Program-made: the position numbers and the translations under genes
Origin: Intoshia linei
Lineage: Eukaryota; Animalia; Orthonectida
Length of the DNA stretch: 58,927 bases
Direction: 5' to 3'
Assembly: GCA_001642005.1 (NCBI GenBank)
Contig: LWCA01000078.1
Location: 1-58,927, forward strand
The notes under the pieces: model-generated
Told to the model about the DNA's origin: nothing
Databases searched by the model: none
Seen by the model: only the letters and a program-made list of their open reading frames with translations
Shown here: in pieces, positions 13,584-24,445 of the stretch
How positions within the stretch are numbered: position 1 is the stretch's first letter
How the letters are laid out: each line of letters begins with the position of its first letter

Positions 13584-13750
13584 CTAGGTTGACTGTTATG
13601 TACTACGTACAAACAGCACCTAGTTCTGCCAAGGGCATATTTTTATTCTACCAAAAACATAAATTCACGTTGAAAATATAATTGAAAATCCTACTATTCA
13701 CTATTATCAATCTTTCAAAAGAGTGGTTCCCAAACTTGTTTCAGGTGGAA
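13584..13750 (-). mobile_element. Helitron-like non-autonomous element 3' end (related copies 19735-19897 and 44591-44632)
   Basis: On the minus strand the hairpin CTGTTTGTAC-gta-GTACATAACAG is followed 5 nt later by CTAG. About 165 nt is closely similar at 19735. The copy at 44591 ends CTAG|T. Confidence 0.55.
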
Positions 13751-15403
13751 CCATCATATCACATTAATTTTTACTTTAAAGTGAAATATTTCATCTTAAT
13801 TTTTTAACTTTCATTTTTTGATTTATTAGACAGAATGTGTCTATATTGAGTATTTGTCTATATTGAGTATATCTATATTGATATATATTGAGTGTCTGAA
13901 TTATGCAATCTTAATTTTTTGTTTGTTAACATTTGTGTAAAGAAATTAAAAAAAAATTGTTATCCCATTTTTTTAATTTAATTTTTTTAGACAGAATGTG
14001 TGTATAATATTAAAAATAAAGTAAAAACAGTCCAATCCTAAAAATAAATAGCATAAATTCCAAAAAAAATAAAATTATCAAAACCTATTTTATTATTTTC
14101 AATGTGATGTTATATATTCAGTACCAATTTAATAACTACTTAAAAATACCAATTATTTATCAATAATTAACTGAATCTTCACTTTATAAACATATTTCAG
14201 GCAAATTTTACCAATATTGCTTAGATTCCATATTTTTAAAAATCATTTTGCTCGCTACATACAGACTAAAATAAGGCTCACTGTTTTAGAACAATTTTAT
14301 AGCTTATAAAAAACGAAGAGTATTGTATTTTAATAGTGACACTTTCAATTGTTCACTTTGAATAATATTTCAAAATTATTTTATGAAATAGTTTTGCTTT
14401 TATTTTTTGAAATTATAAATTATTTAATTTTCATGAAGTGAAAATTTCAATAAAATTAGTGTAAAAATTTTTTAAAAATGATTAGTCTCGTAAGGGTTAA
14501 GGATTCGTAAAATTGAAATTTTCACATAAGGGTTTGTGAAAATGAATTTTTCTCTTTAAGGTTGGTAAATAAATTGAAAAGTGGATTTTTAGTATAAATG
14601 GTTGGGTTTAAGTAAAAATGGTTGGGTTTAAAAATATTCTCATTATTAATTATATGAAATGATCTGCAAATTTTAGGTTAAGTGGAATGAAAATCAAAAT
14701 ATTTTAAGTTTGTCATTTGTTGTAATGCAGTGGTTTCCAGTTCAAATAGTTTACGGCCCCCTTTAAAAATATTGTAAAAAAAAGGATTTTTTTATTGAGG
14801 GTTTGTAAAATTTCATTTTTTATTTTGGATTTTGGACTAGGAAGTTGTTGCTTATAAAATTTATTAAAATATGATTTTTCAAAATACTATTGGAAAAAGA
14901 AGATATTTACCTTAATTTTGGTACATTCAAATGCTTAACTTTGAGTATTATCAAATGAGGAGAAATGAAATGTAGTATTAACAAGGGATGTTTAAAGAGA
15001 CGGTATATCATTTTGACAAAGAATAAAGACATACATCAAGGTTTTATGAATAATAAAAACAGTGTAGCTTCGTGTCAATAATTTAAATTCCTGAGTTGTG
15101 CGCAAAACAAGACTTTGCGAAACACTGTGTGACCTTATCAAACTAAATTAATTGACCTTGAATAAAACTACATATCTAATTCATTTTTGATAGAAATCCA
15201 GAATTTGATGTACCAATTACCACCTATATGAATTCATAAAAATATTTATCACCTAATTTTACGAATAGTTCGCAATGATATTATACTGGACCAAATAATG
15301 AACCCATTTGATTGAATTCATGGTTTTACTTTGAATGTTATTAATTTTAGAATATAGTGGCTACCGCGAGCTGCAAATTAAATAAATTTTAATTTTAAAA
15401 TGA

Positions 15404-15704
15404 TCAAGAATAGTAATTTTCTGGTTCTTTGTCATTTTCTGGTTTTTCGTCATTCCAAGAAATATAATTTTTATCTAATTTTCATAACAAATACACCATT
15501 TAAAATTTATAAAATACCATCTTCGTCGTTTTCGTATGGTTCTAAAATGTATTTTATTTATATAAATTAAGAATTATTTAAATAATATGTTAAAATTACT
15601 TTCTAAAAATAAAAATTGTACAAAATGCAGGTATTATTATTAAAATTAATAATATTACCGGTGGAAATATCACACAGGGATCGGTATAAAGAGGGTGGTT
15701 TCAT
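15404..15704 (-). CDS. Spliced acidic micropeptide, copy 2 (46-47 aa): MKPPSLYRSLCDISTE(K)PYENDEDDKNYISWNDEKPENDKEPENYYS*
   Basis: Exons 15704-15659, (15602-15600), 15541-15518 and 15474-15404. Same 46-nt first exon and intron phases as copy 1; in-frame stop 3 codons upstream of the ATG. Confidence 0.7.
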
Positions 15705-16894
15705 GATTTGGTTTTATTTATATGTTTCAGTTAACCCACATTATCTAATTTCTAAATAAGCTAATGAGCTATTATGTGCGCGACTGACGAAATTGCAACG
15801 GTAAATATTTATATATAATATATTAGTCTTTATACACTGCGTATTTGTATTTTTGACATTTATTTAAATAGATACTATCTATCTAACTTGATTTTGGCTA
15901 TTGCATTTAATTTGGAAACGTGACAATTTTTTTAATAAATAATTACAAAAAATTATAATATTCGCGTTCAATTTTTAAAGTATTAAACGATAGCAAAGTA
16001 AAAAAAATTGATCGAATAGTTGCAAAATGCAATGTTCCATAGTAAGGAATCCGTACATATCATGAATCATGATTAGTATTTGCTAAAGCTTTGCTGTTAT
16101 TGATAATTTAGAAACTTTACTTGATTAAATTTTACTTCAAATTGAGAATATATCCAAAATGGAGTTAAATTAGATTCCAATCAAGAATTGGTTGATTTTT
16201 TCCAAAAATATCAAATATTTTAAAACTTAATGTAAAATTTTTGTTAAATTAGTTTAGAGAATCGGATTTTTTTTATATTGTTAAAATCTCGAATTGTAAA
16301 TTTTAATGTTTTGTTTGATAAACCTTTAGTTACTCATTGTCGTATTTCAAAACTTTGTAAAATGAAACCTAGTCAGGTATCCTTTACTTATATAAATATG
16401 AATGTATGTGTGTGTTACCGTTTATTTAAAAAATTCAATATCTAATACAATTTTTCTCAGGGCGTGTTTGTATCTATTTTTCAGTTTCCAAATTTAAATC
16501 CTTCAGGGTCAAAACCACAATTTGACATTTTGTTTAAAAATAAAATCAACCCAAAAATTTAATAAAACTTAAATTCTGGGACGCGTTTTAAAATCATTAA
16601 CATTGTCATAAATTTCATCCTCACACTATCATGGTCAAAACCATAAAAAAATTATCCTATTTTAAAAAAATGAAACATTACTAAAATTTTATTAAACATA
16701 AAATCTGGTATAGTTTTTAAAATCATAAGCATTATTATAAATATCAACATCAAAAAAGTTCATTTTCATGATCAAAATCCCAGATTACTTTTTTTAAAAA
16801 AATAAAAATAGTCCTAGAATTAAAAAATTTTTATAAAAGTGTAAGTTAAGAAAATGAGCATATTCATGTCGTTCAAATAGATAAACCACCAAGT

Positions 16895-17410
16895 AAAATT
16901 GGCTAACATTCAGTCTAGCGACATAATCATAGATTTTGCTAATTAACCATATTATTGATTTTTTCATCCAATTTTTAAAAATTTTAAAGATAATTTTGGA
17001 ATCATAATTTGGTAGGGTTTTATACACATTTAGGGAATATTTTTAAAATTTTAAAATATCTTTAAAAAATGAATAAACAAATGTTCCCTTAAAACCCTTC
17101 ACAATTTTTGTCGAAAAAGTATCATAAAAATCGTTAAAAATTGGATTAAAAAAAAAAAATTGTTCCGTTATACCCTTCAAAATTTTGACCGAATAATTAT
17201 CATAAAAATCTTTAATAATTTGGTAAAAAAATTGTTCTTTTAAAAACTCAACCAAATTTTGGACCCAAAATTATCTTCAAATTCTTTTAAAATTGGTGAA
17301 AAAATTTTCCCTAAAGAAAACTACAAATATTTCTCAAAATAATCAATAATACATGTATGATAAATTAGTAAAATCGATGATTATATCGCTCTATAGAATG
17401 GACGTCCTAC
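16895..17410. mobile_element. Non-autonomous long-TIR (Mutator/foldback-like) element; related ends at about 3250-3630 and 45040-45260
   Basis: agcgacataatcatagattttgctaattaaccata at about 16917 is inverted at about 17350-17392; the same block recurs near 3270 and 45082. Confidence 0.5.
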
Positions 17411-18102
17411 AATTAACTGTTAAAATTAATATATAAAAATTAACCGCGATCCCTCTATCAGAATCTATGACCCACATAGGATTTTTATGAATACCTTTGA
17501 AAATTAAAATTTCAAAATCGCATATTCCTCAATATTTATATTTTGGCAAAAACATTCCTGAACCGATGTCATTTAGGTAATGTAAGATAATTAAAACTTT
17601 GTTTCAACACTTAGTTTTAATTTTCACGAAAATACACATGCAAATATCAATTAGTGGTTTTTTTAATTTGCTAAGAAATGATATACAGTAAATTCTCCAA
17701 CGATGAACATTAAAATATGAAATTAAAAAGAATGTTCAATACCCAATGTAGAAGAGAAGAAAATTTACATTTATTAACCAATTTAAGAATCCATATGTCC
17801 CTTATCTTTTAAGATTATGCGTGTTATGTACTTCATATGCAGTAGTTGGAAAATATAGAAATTCTAACAAATTTCAAATTTTACCATACGAATAATGTTA
17901 TTTGTACTGGTGAGATTATACTTTTTGAAATCAAATTTTGAAATTTCTGTAAAACTGGTCGGTGTTAAAGTTGAATTAATGCAAAAAATCAAATAAAATG
18001 TAAAAATTGATTTATTTTAGTTAATCTAATTAACTTCGTAAAATTTGTAACATAAATTTGAGGATATGTTTAATGTCATAATACTATAGTAAATAATAAT
18101 TA

Positions 18103-18117
18103 GCGCCAAATTTTAAA
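18103..18117 (+). promoter_or_regulatory. E2F/CDE-CHR (DREAM-type) element upstream of MND1
   Basis: GCGCC-AAAT-TTTAAA, which includes GCGCCAAA (reverse E2F site TTTGGCGC), about 60 nt before the MND1 ATG. Confidence 0.55.
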
Positions 18118-18175
18118 TATTAGAGAACAGGTATAATCATATAAATTTACACATTTAAGATTATCTGTTCATTTA

Positions 18176-20870
18176 ATGGTATGATGTTGTTATAATTAAT
18201 TGTACTGATTTTTTAAATTAAAAGAGTTCAACTGCAAAGAAAAGAAGAGGACTTAGTAATGATGAAAAACGGTCGAGAACTGTCAAATTTTTACAAAACA
18301 AGGTAAGTTTTAAAAATCGGACTTTTATGTTTTTTAATTAAAATTGTGAATAAAAAATTTGTCTAGTAGAGTTCTGTGCAACATTGTGAACATTTGTTCT
18401 TTATAATCTTTACTACATTACTAACAAGGTAAGTAATGCAAGTAAATGTTTTTGTTTGTGTCCTAATTTATGGTTCCCGATTCAAACAGTGTACGGGCCC
18501 TCATTTAAATTTTTTTTGAAAACAAAAGAATCATGAAATATAAAACATTTATTAAAAAATTAAAGGTTATTTATCATAAAATATGATAGAATTGTGTTTT
18601 TCAAAAATAAATTGGAAAAAAGAGATTTAAGGGTTGGTAAATTTGGGTTTTTATTTTTGGTTTTAGATTGGGAAGTTGTTGCTCATAAGATTTGGTTAAA
18701 TCGGATTTTTCCCTGGTTTGAAATGGTATTTTTTATTGAATTTTATTAATGGTGGGTAAAATTTGGATTTTTTAAATAATGCTATAGCGGTCATCTAGGC
18801 TTTGGGATAAATTCCCAACATCTGGCAACTCTGTAATAAATATTATAAATTCTCCTATAAAAATAAACAAAAGTTGATAAATTTTTTTTTATATATTTTA
18901 TTTTAATCTCACAGACCCCAGGTATATAGTTTTGGACCTAAACAGTCCAGGGATCTCAATCGGGAACCATTGGTCAAATTGATTTAAAAATGCAATTTAT
19001 AGGTCAGTTTTTTTTTGGATAATGAAATAAGATTAATTTGATTGTTCAAGTGCAAAAACGCAAATTACTGTTTTTATTATCCAATATTTTTGAACCATGT
19101 AAAACATGTCACTGTTTTTTTTTAGGGTAAAAATTTAATATAATAGTAAAATTACTAATTAAAATATCACATGTTTTAGATCTTCAATTATAAAAATATG
19201 TATATTGTTAAAATCAGAAAAATTAGCTGATTATTTTAATATATGTTACATTAAGTTTCTTTTTACCATGTTGGACAGTGTTATATAAGTAAGGATTAAT
19301 TATATTATATAATTATATTATTTTAAAAATTTTGAAAAATATCGATTTATTGAGAGGTTGTGCTCTATAGGAAATTTTCAAAACTTAATTTCTTTATACT
19401 AAAATCTTAGGATGAATGTTTTCAATTGAAAGATTTGGAAAAATTACTTTCTAAATACGAAGGCATAAATTCCATGAAAGTAAAAGAAATTTTAAAATCT
19501 CTTGTAGACGATGACATGATTGAATCTGATAAAGTTGGAATGTCAAATTATTTTTGGTGTTTTAAAGCCAAAAAAGTTGAAAAGGTTAAAAATTTTAATT
19601 CTTACATTAGGTTTTAACAAAATTTTTGTTAACGTTATCTTCAACACATGACAAAAAATATGTCTCTTACCGTCGCCTTAAATATACCATATAATGTTTT
19701 AAACCATATATTTTATGTCGATTATATATTATGACTTGGTTGACTGTTATGTACTACATACAAACAGCACCTAGTTCTGGCGAGGGCCCATTTTTATTCA
19801 ACTAAAAAAATAAATTCACGTTGAAAATCTAACTTATAAAGCATACTATTTACTATTATCAATCCTTTAAAGGAGTAGTTCCCAAACTTGTTTCAGGTAA
19901 ATTGTTAATGCAAACATTTGAAAAATATTGGTTGACAATATTTTTCAAAAAAAGGACAATTGGACTTTTGTTCCTTTTGATCCGTAAGATGTGAGTTTGG
20001 GAGGTTGAAATTTATGTTACTAAAACCCGGAAAAAAACTTTAATAGAAATGTGGACTATATAAAATTCTAAGACCGGTAGTTATTGAAATAAACGATAAC
20101 ACACAGACAAAAAAATCATATATATTTCAATTTATTTTGTTGTAAAATTATATTTAGTTAATTACTCTCAAGGAAAAATATACCAAATCAATAGAAGAAA
20201 AAGAATGCGAATTGAAAAATATTTCGGAAAAGATTGATAGTAAAAAGAATCTATGTCAAGATTCCGTAATTTTTGAAAACTTAACAATATACAGTGCAAT
20301 CAAAAAATATTTGATAATTTTTCTAATAATTATTTATAGATAATATAATAATAACCAGGTGGTTAACATACACACTAAGGCTATCCCTATTTAAACATAA
20401 AAACTGTATTATATTTGTAGAAAATAGAACATTAAAAAAGTTTAAAAAAAATAAAATATATATTGTGAAAATGGCTAATTGACTTTGAAAAATAATTTAC
20501 ATTAACTATTTGTACGTTTGTACGTTCACTAGATAAAACATAAATTGACAAATTTGTAGGAAAACCGTACCGACATTTTGACAAATCTTGGCAAAAATAA
20601 TGAAAAATTAGAAGAAATTACTAAAGAAATCAATACATATGAAAAAAATGACCCAGGTAAAATTAACGCATTGAAACAGGAGAACGCAGAAAAAGTAACA
20701 GAAATTAACAACACTACGGGTATAATTTGTGTATTTTAATATAATTAATGTTAATAAATTTAGACAACATATTTGCTTTGGTTTCATGGTCCACTAAAAA
20801 ATTTGGTTTTCTTTCAAAAGACATGTATAAAAATTTTGCGATTCCCACTGATCTTGATTATGTAGAATAG
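18176..20870 (+). CDS. MND1: Meiotic nuclear division protein 1
   Basis: ATG-only first coding exon (18176-18178), then [26 protein letters not shown]...[30 protein letters not shown] and TDNIFAL...[11 protein letters not shown]. Exons at about 18225-18302, 19411-19584, 20158-20265, 20560-20719 and 20764-20870. Confidence 0.95.
18468..18971. mobile_element. hAT MITE of the same family as 37942-38430 (opposite orientation); related copies about 21650-22190 and 35052-35690
   Basis: Ends atggttcccgatt / aatcgggaaccattg; internal sequence is the reverse complement of the 37942 element. Confidence 0.75.
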
Positions 20871-23800
20871 TAAATTTGTTATAAAAATTATATTAATTAT
20901 GTATGAAATGTTTATTTTGTTTCAATTGATTCATATTACTGTGTAATAATTACAATTTATTAAAAACTTTGCATTTAAAAGTAATATTTCTTTACAGTTG
21001 CATAAAGTTTTTGTTTGTCTATTTTTAGTATATTAATATATTCTCGGTTGATTAGCTTTTTAAATAGATTATCTTAAATTTTGTTTATTTCGATTTTACT
21101 GTTTCAGTCTATCAGGTGTGATCATTGATCACATATCATAATATGTTAAGTTATTTACAAAATAATCAACTTTCAATTTTATCCAAAATTGAGTATAAAA
21201 GATTTTAAAATGATGTTATCATTTTGCATAGTGTCATTTTTAAACAAATCAAAAATATTTCAATATGGGATCATTGATAATAATATGACAGTAATCCACT
21301 ATTCACTTTAAAATTCAATAAAATTATTGTGTCATTATTTCAAAAACATGTTGAATTGATATCAATAATAGATTTAATTTTTAACAATTATTTTTGAATA
21401 AGTTTCTGTTTGTTATTTTCGCCTAATTTATTTAAATAAATAGGTTAAATATTAATATACTTATCTTTTATTTTAACTTATTAATGTTCATAATATTATT
21501 AAGACGTAAAAATTAAATTTTTTCACAATTTAAAAATTTGACTAAAAGTTTAATACACAAAAATATTGTATAACTAGAGTTACCAACTATCCTTTAATTA
21601 AATGAAAATTATTTAATATTTTCATTTTTTGGAGTTATTCTTTAAAAAGTGTCATGTTTTTTAATTTAAAATTACGTCCTTTAAAAATTTCATTTATTTA
21701 TTTAAATATTTATTTTTTACACAAAGAAGACATGAAATATAAAACATTTATGGAAAAAATAAAGGTTCTTTAAGATCTTAAGGATCATAAGATTTGGTAA
21801 AATAGTGTTTATCAAAAAAAAGGCAACTTTTCACTTAAGGGTTGGTAAAATTTGGATTGTTAATTTTGTGGTTTTATTAAGTGGATTTGTCAAAAAAATA
21901 TCGGTAAAAGTAGACTTTTCCATGATGGTTTGAAATGTTATTTTTTATTAAAAATTATTAATGGTGGGATAATTGGAATTTTTAAATAATAATATAGCGG
22001 TCGTTTAGGGTTTCGGATAAATTCCCAACGTCTAGCCACACTAATACAATTTAAATATTAAATATTAATAGTTCTCCTATAAAACTAAACAAAAGTTGAT
22101 AAATTATTTTTATATTTTATTTGAATCTCACGGATCCCAGGCATATAGTTTTGAATCTCTAAGGGGTCCATGGACTCCAATCGGTTACTGCTCAAATAAA
22201 TTTCTCTTGAGCCACTTCATTTGCAAGCATCGTTTAATAATAAATACCGATTGTACATTTTTTAAACTACGATTTGCGAAAAATTTGGTGAAAAATATAT
22301 TATTTTTTTAATATACAATAAAATGTATAAACTTTACAATTTTGTATGAATTAGCGGTGGATTTTGATTTAAAGTTAAAAAAATTCATTGTTTTGTTTTG
22401 AAAGTTATAATTTTTAATTGTTTAAAATTATTTTTAAAGGTTTCGGCTCACGTGATCCTCTAGTCGCTTGTTGTACGACGACACTGCTTATTTGGTTTCA
22501 TTTATCCTTATTATCATTATAATAATGATAATACATGTATAATACATAGTGATCCAAACACATGGCGAGTGAGGGCCAAATAATAAATTTTTAAAATTTC
22601 GCAGGCCACATTGAAAAAACTTATACAATTATTTTAGCATTTCTTCCCTCTTAGTTTTTTCTCTCTTGCACTGCTTATTTGGATATCATAAATATTTATT
22701 AAAGTTTTATTAAAATTTTTTATTATTTACATGTTTTACAAAATATATTACTAAATAATTTCGCGGGCCACAGAATTGCATCTGGCTGGCCGCAGGAAAC
22801 AAGCGTACAGACAAAATATTGTTATATTATATAATTATTAACGCACGGTTATGGGCGGTGGAGTTAAAAATTGAAAAACTTAAAATTTACTTTAATTTTA
22901 TTTTTTGTGTCGGTATGGATTGTAATGTACAATTTCTTACAAATGGTACATCGTTACTTTATATCCAATGGTTAATACAAATAATATTGAACATTAACTT
23001 AGATTTGTTAACTTAATATATAGAACATTCGCGATTAGGGGCGTTTAATGAACAATTTTAACAGTAATAACAGGAAACGTTGGCTCGTGTAGGGCTCTAT
23101 CCCAGACTCAAAAACCCCTCAAGCATTTTATTATTAGTACTATATATTTTTTAGTAAACTGATGGGTACACATTGATGATTTTTAGTGACCACTGGTCTA
23201 AGGGTTATGCAAAGAACAGAACTTTGCATCATAATTATAGCCCCGATTTCTTAAATAAACATTGAACGAAGTAGGTCCACTGAACAGATAAATTGTATAT
23301 ATAAGGATTATTAAATATATAATAACTAATTAGATAATACCGTATATAATTTAGTACTTATTTATGTATTTGATATAGGATTAGTGAATATACTAAGATG
23401 TTGTTTTATTTTTTTATCTCACTGTAACCTTATATCAAAACTACACATGTATTTGCATGTGTTAGTAATATAATAATTATTATAATTATATTATTATATT
23501 TGTTTAAGATTTGTTATTTGTATTTAAACATTTCCCGGTTTGATTAAATGTTATGAATATATTATATAGCATTTTTTTAGGTTTTTGAAAAAATAAAAAT
23601 ATTGATTAGGTATATCTAAAATAATGATAGACCTAGACTCAATAAATTGTGAACATTGAAATTTTTGTATCATTTCGGACTTGCTTTATTCAAAGAAAAA
23701 TGCACATATCATATAAATTATGCAAATTTATTTGTAAATATGACATTATAGCGTACAATCTATTCATGTGAGACTCAAATGACCTATATTTTGTTTTTTA

Positions 23801-24445
23801 AGATAAAATTTAAACCTGAAGGTATTATATAGTTTGCATGGATATCGATTAAGAGAATCTAAAACTAGTAAGATTATTTTATATAGCGCATGACGTGCAA
23901 TAGGTAAATTATTTGTTATTATCAAAGTATTACCGAGCTGAATCGTATCGTTACAGAAACTCAAATTACAAAAATTCTTACGTGTAGTGGATATTGTTGC
24001 AGTCCCACTAACATTTATAAAAACTAATGGAATCAATGAATCGTATACACAATAAATAGAACTCTAGCTCGTTAATAACCGTGATTGTAGTAATTTTAAT
24101 GAAACACAATAAAAGAAATAGTGAATAGAATTATACTAGATTTAACACATTTCACGAAAAATATTTGGTTAACATATATTACTTGGATCTAAAAATTATT
24201 TTAAATCTCATTGCAATTTAAATCAATTGTTGAAGTACACAATATTGAGTCACCTATAAACGTTATTCCATACATCAACGCATTGAAACATTGAATCTAG
24301 TTCAAAAACCTTCAAGTTCAATTGGATTGAAACGTTATATAATTTAACTTTGTTCAACAAATAGTTAAATTTCATTCATGATATATTGAATATAAATAAT
24401 TGATACATTTCAAATTTTTATTTTTAAAATTTTAAAATAATCTCA

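Noticed and set aside
13827-14003. Short tandem TCTATATTGAGTAT repeats between two TAGACAGAATGTGT copies
   Set aside because: Explained by local slippage and duplication in repeat-derived DNA.
16794-17255. ORFs at 16794 and 17043 (also 22096, 35054, 38228, 56468)
   Set aside because: They lie inside MITEs or minisatellite arrays and have low-complexity F/K/I/N composition.
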